A stretch of 64,000 nt of DNA from Candidatus Enterousia sp. (GTDB lineage: Bacteria > Pseudomonadota > Alphaproteobacteria > Rs-D84). The DNA lies in assembly GCA_045635585.1 (NCBI GenBank), contig JAZTWA010000001.1, forward strand, positions 28 through 64,027. The letters run 5' to 3'. Shown here piece by piece: positions 18,238-27,588 of this stretch (position 1 is the first letter of the stretch; the number at the start of each line of letters is the position of its first letter). A program made the translations under genes and the position numbers. The notes under the pieces were generated by a model. That model was not told the origin of the DNA. It made no database searches and saw only the letters and a program-made list of their open reading frames with translations.

Positions 18238-20970
18238 ATGTCAGAAAATATGAATGAAGTTAACGAAGTACGTGTTCCACAGTCGTCTTTGGAACATGAA
18301 ATGCGTACCAGTTTCTTGGATTACGCGATGTCGGTTATTGTTGATCGTGCGTTGCCTGATGTGCGTGACGGTTGTAAACCTGTGCATCGCAGAATTTTGT
18401 ACGTTATGAATGATGTTGCACCTGCGACCAAGCCGACGGTTAAATCCGCGCGTATTGTTGGTGATGTTATGGGTAAATATCACCCCCATGGTGATAGTTC
18501 TATTTATGAAGCGATGGTGCGTATGGGCCAAGATTTTTCTATGGGTGAAATGCTGGTCCAGGGTCAAGGTAACTTTGGTTCGCGTGACGGGGACAAGGCT
18601 GCGGCGATGCGTTATACCGAAGCGCGCTTGTCCAAACTGGGTGCTTCCTTGATGGATGATATGGACAAAGATACGGTTGATTGGCAGCCAAACTTTGATG
18701 GTTCGTTACAAGAACCGGTTGTATTACCTGCGAAATTTCCTAACTTTTTGATAAACGGTGGTTCTGGTATTGCGGTTGGTATGGCGACAAATGTTCCGAC
18801 ATATAACTTGGGCGAAGTTTGTAATGGAATTTTGGCGGTGCTGGATAATCGCGATTTGTCGGATGATGAGTTGTTTAGTATTATACCTGGACCTGATTTT
18901 CCAACAGGTGCGATGATTATGGGGCGTGCCGGCGCATACAAAGCGCATACAACTGGTCGTGGTTCGATAATTATTCGTTCAAAAACACACATCGAAGATT
19001 TTCGTGATCATCAGGCGATTATTGTTGATGAATTGCCGTATCAGGTAAACAAGGCGCAAATGATTGTAAAAATCGCCGAATTGATAAAAGATAAGCGTAT
19101 CGAAGGCATTTCTGAAATTCGTGACGAATCATCCAAAGAAGGCTTGCGTGTTGTTATTGAATTAAAGCGTGATGCGATTGCTGATGTTGTATTGAATCAT
19201 TTGTTTCAATACACAGAAATGCAGACCAGTTTCCCTGTAAATATGATGGCATTAAATCGTGGCCGTCCAATGTTGTTTAATGTGCGTGGTGTATTGGATG
19301 CATTTATTGATTTTCGTGCCGAAGTAATTCGTCGTCGAACAATCTTTGATTTGAACAAGGCGCGTAATCGTGCGCATACTTTGTTGGGGTTGTCTGTTGC
19401 GGTTGGTAATTTGGATGAAGTTATCGAATTAATTAAATCCAGTCCAAATCCCGAAGCAGCTCGCGAAGCGTTGGTTGCGCGTGGTTGGCGTGCGTCCGAT
19501 ATTGAATCTTATATTCAATTAATTGATGATCCAAATACGGAATACAAAGATGGTATGTTCTATATGTCCGAAGATCAGGCACGTGCAATTTTGGAATTGC
19601 AGTTGCATCGCTTGACGGGTCTGGAACGGGACAAGATACACGATGATTTAACAAATTTGGGTGCAACAATTCGTGATTTGTTGGATATTTTGGGCAGTCA
19701 TGAACGTATAATCCAAATTATTCGTGATGAAACAATTGCTGTTCGTGACAATTGGGCGTCGCCACGTCGTACAGAAATTTCTGATGCGGAAATTGATATC
19801 GATATCGAAGATTTGATTGCGCGTGAAGATATGGTTGTAACGGTATCTAATACTGGTTATATTAAACGTGTTGCGCTGGATACATATCGTGCACAAAAAC
19901 GTGGTGGTAAAGGCCGTAACGCGATGTCAACCAAAGAAGACGATTATGTCGTTCAGGTATTTGTTGCAAATACACATACCCCATTACTGTTCTTCAGTTC
20001 ACGTGGTCTGTGCTATAAATTAAAAACATATAAATTACCCGAAGCGGCCGCTGCGGCCAAGGGGCGTCCATTGGTAAATCTGTTGCCGCTGGAAAATGGC
20101 GAAACGATAACCGCAATATTACCGGTGCCCGAAGAAGATGTTGCACGTGCGGCTGAATCTGGTCAGGAACAATTCTTGATGTTTGCGACGGCATCTGGAA
20201 CAGTTCGTCGTAATCGTATGTCTGATTTTGATTCGATTCGTGCAAATGGTAAAATTGCAATGAAGTTGGACGAAGGCGACAGTTTGATTTCCGTATTGCC
20301 ATGTACCGAAGATCAAGATGTATTCTTGGCGACGTATCGTGGTCGTGCAATTCGTTTCCCTGTGCCTGAAATTCGTGTTTTTGCGGGCCGTAATTCAACC
20401 GGGGTTCGCGGGTTGACATTGGGGGGCGATGACAGAATTATCGGAATGGCAATGTTAAATCGTGGCGAAGCAGACAGTGCGGTGCGTGCGGCATATATTA
20501 AACAATCGCGTGCGGCACGTCGTGCGGAAACCGGAATCGAAGAAGAAGCGGATGCAGAAGAAGAAGCGACAACACTGGTTTTGGATGATGCAAAAATGGC
20601 AGAAATGGCCGCGCGTGAAGAATTTATCTTGACGATTTCTGAAAACGGCTTTGGTAAAAGAACCAGTTCGTATGAATATCGTTTAACGCATCGTGGTGGT
20701 GGTGGTTTTGCCAACATCAAATTGGGTGGCAAGAATACTGCTGTGGCCGGTTCTTTCCCTGTAACCGATGACCAAGATATTATTATGGTAACGGATGGTG
20801 GAAAAATTATTCGTACACCTGTGAATGATGTCCGTATTGCTGGTCGTTCAACCGCGGGTGTAACATTATTCCGTACGGCTGAAAATGAAAAGGTTGTGTC
20901 TGCAATATCTATCGAAGGTGCGTCCGAAGAAGAAACGCCTGAAGAATCGACGGATGTTGTATCTGAATAA
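18238..20970 (+). CDS. gyrA: DNA gyrase subunit A
   Basis: [17 protein letters not shown], active-site region [14 protein letters not shown]-type [13 protein letters not shown], and C-terminal beta-pinwheel repeats. Confidence 0.97.
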   Translation: MSENMNEVNEVRVPQSSLEHEMRTSFLDYAMSVIVDRALPDVRDGCKPVHRRILYVMNDVAPATKPTVKSARIVGDVMGKYHPHGDSSIYEAMVRMGQDFSMGEMLVQGQGNFGSRDGDKAAAMRYTEARLSKLGASLMDDMDKDTVDWQPNFDGSLQEPVVLPAKFPNFLINGGSGIAVGMATNVPTYNLGEVCNGILAVLDNRDLSDDELFSIIPGPDFPTGAMIMGRAGAYKAHTTGRGSIIIRSKTHIEDFRDHQAIIVDELPYQVNKAQMIVKIAELIKDKRIEGISEIRDESSKEGLRVVIELKRDAIADVVLNHLFQYTEMQTSFPVNMMALNRGRPMLFNVRGVLDAFIDFRAEVIRRRTIFDLNKARNRAHTLLGLSVAVGNLDEVIELIKSSPNPEAAREALVARGWRASDIESYIQLIDDPNTEYKDGMFYMSEDQARAILELQLHRLTGLERDKIHDDLTNLGATIRDLLDILGSHERIIQIIRDETIAVRDNWASPRRTEISDAEIDIDIEDLIAREDMVVTVSNTGYIKRVALDTYRAQKRGGKGRNAMSTKEDDYVVQVFVANTHTPLLFFSSRGLCYKLKTYKLPEAAAAAKGRPLVNLLPLENGETITAILPVPEEDVARAAESGQEQFLMFATASGTVRRNRMSDFDSIRANGKIAMKLDEGDSLISVLPCTEDQDVFLATYRGRAIRFPVPEIRVFAGRNSTGVRGLTLGGDDRIIGMAMLNRGEADSAVRAAYIKQSRAARRAETGIEEEADAEEEATTLVLDDAKMAEMAAREEFILTISENGFGKRTSSYEYRLTHRGGGGFANIKLGGKNTAVAGSFPVTDDQDIIMVTDGGKIIRTPVNDVRIAGRSTAGVTLFRTAENEKVVSAISIEGASEEETPEESTDVVSE

Positions 20971-20990
20971 ATGAAAACTGGGGTATAGGC

Positions 20991-21365
20991 ATGGAAAATT
21001 CAAATGAATACTTTTTGTCGATAAACGAAGTGTCCAAGCGGCTTTCTGTGCCTGCACATACATTGCGTTATTGGGAAAAGCAATTCCCAATGGCGATACG
21101 GCCAACAACTGGTGCGGGCGGTCGTCGATATTATCGTGCCGAAACGGTTGCGCGTTTGACGGTTATTCGTGATTTGTTGTACAAGCATGGTATGACAATT
21201 GCAGGGGTAAAAAAATTATTACGTGATGGCAATTTGCCGGCCACCACAGAAGAACTTCTGGCAAATGTATCGATATCTGAAGGGGCGATTGGCTCGGTGG
21301 CGACATCTGATGATTTAGATGCGGTGATTGGATTACTGCAAACGGCCAAAAATATATTGGAATAA
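20991..21365 (+). CDS. MerR-family transcriptional regulator
   Basis: HTH LSINEVSKRLSVPAHTLRYWEKQF...GGRRYY. Confidence 0.85.
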   Translation: MENSNEYFLSINEVSKRLSVPAHTLRYWEKQFPMAIRPTTGAGGRRYYRAETVARLTVIRDLLYKHGMTIAGVKKLLRDGNLPATTEELLANVSISEGAIGSVATSDDLDAVIGLLQTAKNILE

Positions 21366-21370
21366 AAAAA

Positions 21371-21392
21371 ACCGGCAAATGCCGGTTTTTTT
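21371..21392. terminator. Bidirectional terminator
   Basis: ACCGGC-AAAT-GCCGGT flanked by A- and T-runs, between convergent genes. Confidence 0.8.
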
Positions 21393-21393
21393 A

Positions 21394-21846
21394 TTAACGT
21401 GATTTTCTGCTATTGATAGAATCTTGCTCTAAAATATGCACGCGCTTTGCACTCAAATCATACATTTTTCGCGCTTCTTCGATTTCTGGACAATCTGCAA
21501 TATATTTTTCTCTTAATTCTTCTTTTTTTGCAACAATCGCTCTGTCCAAAGAATCGATTCTTGGTTCCATATGATTGTATGCTTCTGGGTTTTGGCGATG
21601 AATTTTGATTAAAGAATCTAATTCTTTATATTCTGGATATGTCTTGATTTTGCTGTCTGCATTTTGTTTGGCGAATTCGTATGCGTTGTCCAGTGTGCGT
21701 TCGGCAAACTTTAATTTGGTGCGCGCATCATCTAAATCGCGTTGAATAAAATGTCCTTTTTTGAATTGCAGTGCGCAGAACAATAATACCGCAGAACAAA
21801 AAGCGGATAACATAACAATACGTTCAAATTTATTTTGGTTGTTCAT
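21394..21846 (-). CDS. Membrane-anchored hypothetical protein (150 aa)
   Basis: Start at MNNQNKF, preceded by AAAGGA. One N-terminal TM helix; the rest is charged and predicted helical. Confidence 0.5.
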   Translation of the reverse strand: MNNQNKFERIVMLSAFCSAVLLFCALQFKKGHFIQRDLDDARTKLKFAERTLDNAYEFAKQNADSKIKTYPEYKELDSLIKIHRQNPEAYNHMEPRIDSLDRAIVAKKEELREKYIADCPEIEEARKMYDLSAKRVHILEQDSINSRKSR

Positions 21847-21927
21847 AAAAAATCCTTTGTTATAATTTTTTCGGAAGGATGGTAGCACAAATATTTCGAT
21901 TGTCAACAAAATAGAGCGTCAATTTTC

Positions 21928-21964
21928 GCACGACCAAGCACAGAACTGGCAGTCCCAACGGGAA
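21928..21964 (-). repeat. 37-bp duplicate of the tRNA-Glu 3' end plus its downstream flank
   Basis: GCACGACCAAGCACAGAACTGGCAGTCCCAACGGGAA is identical to 22044..22080. Confidence 0.9.
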
Positions 21965-22043
21965 ACCGAATGAATAAAAACCCCATGAGTTGCGTTATTA
22001 GCAACGAATGGCTGGTTTGCGTCAAGAGATTCGCCGTTGTCCA

Positions 22044-22080
22044 GCACGACCAAGCACAGAACTGGCAGTCCCAACGGGAA
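22044..22080 (-). repeat. 37-bp repeat copy overlapping the intact tRNA-Glu 3' end
   Basis: Identical to 21928..21964. Covers 18 nt of the tRNA and 19 nt of flank. Confidence 0.9.
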
Positions 22081-22137
22081 TCGAACCCGTCTTCCCAGAA
22101 TGAGAATCTGGTGTCCTAACCGATAGACGATGGGACC
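22063..22137 (-). tRNA. tRNA-Glu (anticodon CTC), CCA encoded
   Basis: Reverse strand GGTCCCATCGTCTATCGGTTAGGACACCAGATTCTCATTCTGGGAAGACGGGTTCGATTCCCGTTGGGACTGCCA. It folds as a cloverleaf with anticodon loop TTCTCAT. Confidence 0.85.
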
Positions 22138-22224
22138 GTATGAGTTACTGTCCCAGTATTACATAAAAAGAAATAGAATTTCAAATGAAAGTTTTCCTTG
22201 CGCCAAATAAATTTGTTCATTAGT

Positions 22225-22971
22225 ATGCTTTACAACATGGCTGGATCAATACGCAGATTTTTTTCAAATATTGTTTGTGGCTTTATTGCAAATAAAGACA
22301 CGCGTAAACGCGTTCGTGTTATCTTAAATTCTGATATGTTGTCTGCCTTGCGTTTTATCCGTCGAAATACCGGATTGAAATTAACCAAGATAAAAACATT
22401 TGTTGGTTATCAGGCGCGAAATTTGTTAATCAGTGTCAATGATAAATATGTTTTTAAATTTCCGCTTCGTCGTTCGAATTCACGTGAATTAACATTGCGT
22501 GAACAGCGTGTTGTTGATGTGTTTGCGCGTATATCACCAATCTATGTACCGTCTGTTATGGTTTTTGAACATCGTGGTGAATTGGTGCGTCGTTATGAAT
22601 TTATTCGTGGTACACAATTACGCCAGGTGCCATTGGATATTGCCATGGCGAATATTGATAAATTGGCATCACAAATCGCGCAATTTTTATTCACAGTGGG
22701 TATGTCGGATCCTGATGAATTGCGTGATTTAAAACCGTCGCCCGATGCGGTGCCTGGGTATATGTATGGTTGGTTCCAAGGTGATATTTGTGATAACTTT
22801 TTTATTGATACGACAACAATGGAAATTGTTGCGTTTATTGATTGGGAAGATTGTATATTTGGTGATTTTTCAGATTGTGTATATGGGCATAAATGCAGTC
22901 CACAACGTGAATTAATGGCGGCGGTTGGACGTGAATATGATAAACTGTGGTCTATGTATCATGATGCGTAA
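22225..22971 (+). CDS. APH-like phosphotransferase/kinase family protein (start could be 22237)
   Basis: C-terminal FIDWEDCIFGDFSDC resembles the aminoglycoside/choline-kinase family IDWE..GxGD motif. The rest fits a kinase-fold length. Confidence 0.55.
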   Translation: MLYNMAGSIRRFFSNIVCGFIANKDTRKRVRVILNSDMLSALRFIRRNTGLKLTKIKTFVGYQARNLLISVNDKYVFKFPLRRSNSRELTLREQRVVDVFARISPIYVPSVMVFEHRGELVRRYEFIRGTQLRQVPLDIAMANIDKLASQIAQFLFTVGMSDPDELRDLKPSPDAVPGYMYGWFQGDICDNFFIDTTTMEIVAFIDWEDCIFGDFSDCVYGHKCSPQRELMAAVGREYDKLWSMYHDA

Positions 22972-22972
22972 A

Positions 22973-22995
22973 AATGCCTAATTAGGCATTTTTTT
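22973..22995. terminator. Bidirectional terminator
   Basis: Palindrome AATGCCTAATTAGGCATT flanked by A- and T-runs, between convergent genes. Confidence 0.7.
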
Positions 22996-23752
22996 ACTTT
23001 GTGTTATTTATGCCGTTTAGAAGAATTGCTGATTCTTGATTTTTAAGCATCTCGGTTATTTTTATGCGTGTGTCCCTGCGTTTTGTGTTTGCATTTATTT
23101 CCAGTGGATTTTCATCATACAGTTGCAAATCATGTTGTGGGTTTACATAAAACATTTGTGCGTCCTGATTTGTATCTGGATCAATAATACTGATTGATGG
23201 AATGAACATATCTATAAAATGTGTAAGTTCATGTTTTAAATCCATCAAAAAGAATACGGCACTCTTTTGGTAAAATGGATGCTGAAAGTTTATATACAAA
23301 GTTCCGTCACGTGATACACCCATCATTGCACCTGGGATGTTTCTGTCTTGTGTTTCAAGATTTGGAATACTATTAATAATATCCTCTTTGAATGCGGTAT
23401 CAATGGTGTTGTTGGTGTATTTATATTTACTGCCATCGCGATTGTGTAGTTGGACACGATTTTGTAAAATATCATCTTTGATATTATGTATAAAAACCTT
23501 TACGATTTTATCAGTGATAGATATTTTGTCCGCGACTGATTTGGAATCCCAATTATAAAAACTGCCAAATATAGATTTGTCATTACATGCATCAACAAGT
23601 CTTTGTAATAAGTATTCCGAAAATTTTTCTGCGGCATCTGCATCCAGTTTTTTACGAAAAACATCATTTTTTGCCCGCGTCAGTTTGTTCCATTTTTCAG
23701 TGGATTCCATCGCTTCAAGCATTTCAATCATTTTGTTGTGCGAATTATTCAT
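22994..23752 (-). CDS. Hypothetical protein with an HExxH motif (252 aa), no signal peptide
   Basis: LKHELTHFID (HExxH), with a downstream acidic stretch DENPLEINA. Its start lies 3 nt after the stop of the upstream ORF. Confidence 0.55.
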   Translation of the reverse strand: MNNSHNKMIEMLEAMESTEKWNKLTRAKNDVFRKKLDADAAEKFSEYLLQRLVDACNDKSIFGSFYNWDSKSVADKISITDKIVKVFIHNIKDDILQNRVQLHNRDGSKYKYTNNTIDTAFKEDIINSIPNLETQDRNIPGAMMGVSRDGTLYINFQHPFYQKSAVFFLMDLKHELTHFIDMFIPSISIIDPDTNQDAQMFYVNPQHDLQLYDENPLEINANTKRRDTRIKITEMLKNQESAILLNGINNTK

Positions 23753-23755
23753 CGT

Positions 23756-24484
23756 TTATCTTCTTTTTTTACTGTAACGGGCCAGAAATTTATTTATTTG
23801 CGAATTGTTTTCGGGCTGAATATTTTGTTTGTTTTCTATTTTTGTAATATTTGTAATTTTTTGTCTGTTTTTTGTTTTAACGGCGTACAGATTTTGGTTT
23901 TCGCCATTACCCAAGAAAACTTCTTTTAATAAATTGTCATAATTTTTTCGGAAATCTTTATTAGCATGATATAAAAAGTTAGAAATACGCTCGACGATTC
24001 CCGAATGGCTGTTGGGGGTGAATTCTTTCAGACGTGAAAATTTACCGTTTACAGATAACTGTAATGTTTTATTGTCGTTTGTTGTAATTTTAATGTCATC
24101 AAAATTTATGTCATTATTTTTTGCGGCGTCTAAAATCATATCGAACAGAAAATCTTGCATTGCTTCGTAATCCAGTTGCCAATCTGGATACTTAACATCG
24201 TTATAATCAATTTTACATTCTGCAATATATGCGTGCTTTTCTGGGTTGTGTTCCCATGTGTCTTGCATATCTTTTATGTGATTTTGCGTTGCCTGAACAT
24301 TGGTAAAGAAATAATATCCATTACTTTGGCCACCCAAAGCATTTTGTGATGGGTTAAAGTACCCAGTTGTTTTGATTTTATTAAATGCTGCATCATCTAT
24401 GGGTGTGATAACGTGATACAAAGTAATTTGTTTTGCTTTTATCTTATTTGTCGCGGACTTTAACTTTTCTGTTGTGGTATTCAT
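23756..24484 (-). CDS. Hypothetical protein (242 aa), no signal peptide
   Basis: Long ORF with a basic C-terminal tail, tightly coupled to 22994..23752. No known motif. Confidence 0.5.
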   Translation of the reverse strand: MNTTTEKLKSATNKIKAKQITLYHVITPIDDAAFNKIKTTGYFNPSQNALGGQSNGYYFFTNVQATQNHIKDMQDTWEHNPEKHAYIAECKIDYNDVKYPDWQLDYEAMQDFLFDMILDAAKNNDINFDDIKITTNDNKTLQLSVNGKFSRLKEFTPNSHSGIVERISNFLYHANKDFRKNYDNLLKEVFLGNGENQNLYAVKTKNRQKITNITKIENKQNIQPENNSQINKFLARYSKKRR

Positions 24485-24615
24485 TTTTAATGTTTTTTGT
24501 TTGTTTTATTTTGACCAAAATTATAGCAAAAAAAAGCTTAAAAGTCCAGTTCTGTTGAAAAAAGTAATTTTTAAGGAATAGGCTCTATTGTGCAATTCGT
24601 GATGTATAGCAAAAT

Positions 24616-24680
24616 AAAAATGCCCCATGTGGGCATTGTTTTATTCTGGTTGGGGTGTGCGGGCAAAACGCGAACCGAGT
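24616..24680 (-). repeat. Duplicate of the tRNA-Gln 3' end plus terminator hairpin (40 bp perfect, then a decayed tRNA remnant)
   Basis: 24616..24655 AAAAATGCCCCATGTGGGCATTGTTTTATTCTGGTTGGGG is identical to 26264..26303. The next ~25 nt still resemble the tRNA (..GCGG..CGAACC..). Confidence 0.9.
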
Positions 24681-24681
24681 T

Positions 24682-26007
24682 TTACATGTCTTTTCCAGTT
24701 GTTTGTCGTTGTAAAACCATTTCGTTTTGTAAGTATTGTATAATCCCTTGTGGTTGAATAATTTTGTTGTCGCCAGTCTGACCGTTTGATACAGCGGTTT
24801 GTTGTGCAATTTCAAAAAAATGATGCGGTGTCAGATTTGGCGCAACCTGTTTTGCTAATGCATAAACCCCAACTAAATACGGTGTTGACCACGACATGCC
24901 AGAATTTGCTCCGCAATATATATAATCGTCGTTACTTTGGTTTCCGGCGATTGTTCGGCCGCCAGCAGGAACTAACAGGTGTTCGTGCAAATTGTCTTTA
25001 TTTTTCTTCCAAAATCCCACTTCATAAGATTGTATGTCGTCGGGGTTAGAATTCATTTTTCTATCTATTGTTATGAAATTTGCCTTGTCTCCATAAAAAC
25101 GTTCTGAGTCCGTTGTTAAAACCATAACACCGCTGTCAATTAATTGTTTTATTAGTTTCGTGCTTTCTGGGTCTGTACCTAGCATTCCCCAGCTAATTGA
25201 TACGGCAGATATTTTTTTGTCTTGCGGTAATCTGGCGTTCATAAACAAGATTTTACGTAATGCTTTGGCACGATGCGTAAAGTATATTTCTGTTTTTACG
25301 GAAAAAGCCTGTTCTTTTATATCTGGTGGTAAATTTGCAATAATTTGGTTTATTTTATGGCTAAATTCTTCGTCTATTTGATGTCTGTTATTAAGTATGT
25401 CCTTTATTGTTTCATCAAAATCCATATCTTTCGGAAAATATTGTCGCAATACTTTTTGAAAATTCTCATCGGCAAGTGTTCTTTTTATTTTTGTTGCGTT
25501 TGCTGCGAAATAAACAATTTTTGCATCTGGTGCAACGCCAACAGTTTTACCTGCTAATAAACTTGATACTGCCGTCCCATGAATTTGTGCTTCTAGATGT
25601 TCAGGATATCCATTTGATTCATAGTGAATTATGTTGTCTTTTATTTCGCTGTGTTCTGTATTTAATGGCTGGTCTATAATCGCAACGGTTATACCTTTTC
25701 CTGTAATTCCCATTGCATGCAAGTCGCCGATACTTAGTCCCGGGACTTTGCCGTTTTCTAAAACCTGTTCTGGATTAAATCCATCTGGCATTTTATCGAT
25801 AGTTGGAAATTTTGTTTTGCTGTTAAATCTTATGTATGGTAGCTTTTCACCAGCATTGGAAAAGTCAACTTCAGATGCATCGCCATATAAAACAAAAGAT
25901 TGTGAATCTAATTTTGTATCGGTATCAAATTCTGGAATCCGAATGTCGTTTATTGCAATCGGTTTTGCGCCCTTGTTTTTCTTAAATACTGTCAGAAAAT
26001 CCTGCAT
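24682..26007 (-). CDS. Subtilisin-like (S8) serine protease, no signal peptide
   Basis: Catalytic triad contexts ITVAIIDQP (Asp), HGTAVSSLLAG (His) and GMSWSTPYLVGVYAL (Ser). Confidence 0.8.
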   Translation of the reverse strand: MQDFLTVFKKNKGAKPIAINDIRIPEFDTDTKLDSQSFVLYGDASEVDFSNAGEKLPYIRFNSKTKFPTIDKMPDGFNPEQVLENGKVPGLSIGDLHAMGITGKGITVAIIDQPLNTEHSEIKDNIIHYESNGYPEHLEAQIHGTAVSSLLAGKTVGVAPDAKIVYFAANATKIKRTLADENFQKVLRQYFPKDMDFDETIKDILNNRHQIDEEFSHKINQIIANLPPDIKEQAFSVKTEIYFTHRAKALRKILFMNARLPQDKKISAVSISWGMLGTDPESTKLIKQLIDSGVMVLTTDSERFYGDKANFITIDRKMNSNPDDIQSYEVGFWKKNKDNLHEHLLVPAGGRTIAGNQSNDDYIYCGANSGMSWSTPYLVGVYALAKQVAPNLTPHHFFEIAQQTAVSNGQTGDNKIIQPQGIIQYLQNEMVLQRQTTGKDM

Positions 26008-26263
26008 AATGCAACCTCCGCGTATGTTGGTTTATAATTATACCATATATATAGTTCTTGCTGAATGAAAATCAATGCGTTATGCTGGCCGACCACAACC
26101 ATTTTGAATAAAAAGACCAGTTAGAGCAGTTTTTTATTAGTTTTACAATATTATTGCTGGTTCGAATGTTTTTAGTGATTTATTGTTAGTTCGAAAGTGT
26201 TGATAATAACATAATTTTTCTAATTTTAACTTTCGAACTCGTCAAACACTTGTGTTTCAAACA

Positions 26264-26303
26264 AAAAATGCCCCATGTGGGCATTGTTTTATTCTGGTTG
26301 GGG
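26264..26303 (-). repeat. 40-bp repeat copy: terminator hairpin plus the 3' end of the intact tRNA-Gln
   Basis: Identical to 24616..24655. The hairpin AATGCCC-CATGT-GGGCATT is followed by a T-run on the minus strand. Confidence 0.9.
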
Positions 26304-26368
26304 CGCACGGATTCGAACCATGATAAAGAGAACCAAAATCTCTTGTCCTACCATTAGACGACACCCCA
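26295..26368 (-). tRNA. tRNA-Gln (anticodon TTG), CCA encoded
   Basis: Reverse strand TGGGGTGTCGTCTAATGGTAGGACAAGAGATTTTGGTTCTCTTTATCATGGTTCGAATCCGTGCGCCCCAACCA. It folds as a cloverleaf and resembles the E. coli tRNA-Gln pattern. Confidence 0.88.
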
Positions 26369-26417
26369 ATTGCGTCAGTGATTATAAACATATTTTAATA
26401 AAAAGCAATAATATTTT

Positions 26418-27029
26418 TTATCTGCTTCGCATTTTATATTGTGTCTGATTATTTATTTTGTCTTGGGTTTTATCAAATTCAATTTGGGCGCGCGTGCGAA
26501 TATTGTGTTGAATCAAGAATTCTTCTTGGCTCAATATATATTTTTGTTGGCCGGCTGAATCCAGTGATGCGATTTCGCGTCCGCGCATTGTTGAAAAGAA
26601 ATCCGGTTTATATCCGTATTCCCATGACAGACGAATTCTGTCGCCGTCCCACAGACATGCGGAAACGCCATTTGGTGCGTTTTGTCCAATTGTGTGTTTG
26701 GCGACGGCATCCAATATTTGTTCGGTGTCTGACTTTGATAATTGTGGATAGTGCATTGATAAAAATTTTTGACCAACTGGAACGGCGTCTGGTCCGTGAT
26801 TTACACACCATGCGTCATTTGTTCTGGCGCAATCGTGCAGTGCTGCCGCCAATATTGCGGGTAATGGATCTTGGTTTATGTGTTGTGCAATATCAATTGC
26901 AAACATTGCAACCTGAATAGTATGTGATAGGCCATGATAACCATATCGAGACTGGTTGGTTACGTATTCGATTTTTGGTAAGATGTCATCAAAGAATAGT
27001 TTTGTGTATTTTATTCGAATGTTTGACAT
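26418..27029 (-). CDS. HD-domain phosphohydrolase family protein
   Basis: GLSHTIQV...AAALHDCAR gives the H...HD signature. Confidence 0.65.
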   Translation of the reverse strand: MSNIRIKYTKLFFDDILPKIEYVTNQSRYGYHGLSHTIQVAMFAIDIAQHINQDPLPAILAAALHDCARTNDAWCVNHGPDAVPVGQKFLSMHYPQLSKSDTEQILDAVAKHTIGQNAPNGVSACLWDGDRIRLSWEYGYKPDFFSTMRGREIASLDSAGQQKYILSQEEFLIQHNIRTRAQIEFDKTQDKINNQTQYKMRSR

Positions 27030-27056
27030 TTTTTATTCTTTTTTATGATTTTCTAC

Positions 27057-27085
27057 TTGAAATAATATTTGTTAAAATATATAAT
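27057..27085 (+). promoter_or_regulatory. Candidate sigma70-type promoter for the marR-efflux operon
   Basis: TTGAAA, 17 nt, TATAAT, about 50 nt upstream of the marR ATG. Confidence 0.45.
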
Positions 27086-27138
27086 AATTAAGTTTTTTAA
27101 CAATTTTTCTGACCAAACCTATTATACAGGAGTTAAAA

Positions 27139-27588
27139 ATGGCGCGCAAGGAATTTGTTGCACTTTTGGAAAATAATATTTGGACATTGGACCGCATGGC
27201 GGACAAGGTTAGTTTTGAACGTGTTGAAAAAACGGGCTATCCGCGTCAGTTAATGTCAATTTTGGTGCGTTTACACAATGGTGGGCGGGCCAAGTTAAAA
27301 GATATTGCGCGTCGCGAACATGTGTCTGCGCCAAATTTGTGTGCGGCGTTTCGCAAACTGGAACACGATGGTTTGGTTATTCGTACCACTGATGACGAAG
27401 ATAGACGAAATACGTGGTATTGTGTATCACCGTCGGGGGCAGAATTGGCAATCCAGGCCATGGATTTATTTCGTGTTGGAATTGAACGTTTGTTCGCAAA
27501 TTTGACACCAGCAGATGAAAAGCGTCTGACGGATGCATTGCGTACAATGCAAGAGGTTTTAGATAATGTGGAGTTGAATAATGCATAA
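27139..27588 (+). CDS. MarR-family transcriptional regulator
   Basis: Winged-HTH region LKDIARREHVSAPNLCAAFRKLEHDGLVIRTTDDEDRRN. Overlaps the next gene by 8 nt. Confidence 0.85.
   Translation: MARKEFVALLENNIWTLDRMADKVSFERVEKTGYPRQLMSILVRLHNGGRAKLKDIARREHVSAPNLCAAFRKLEHDGLVIRTTDDEDRRNTWYCVSPSGAELAIQAMDLFRVGIERLFANLTPADEKRLTDALRTMQEVLDNVELNNA

Noticed and set aside
25631-26068. 145-aa plus-strand ORF
   Set aside because: It is antisense to the S8 protease gene, which has an intact catalytic triad.
21928-26368. Integrase, transposase or IS element in the tRNA-flanked islet
   Set aside because: I looked for tyrosine/serine recombinase or DDE motifs and for terminal inverted repeats and found none. 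Only att-like direct repeats are supported, so no mobile_element feature was called.
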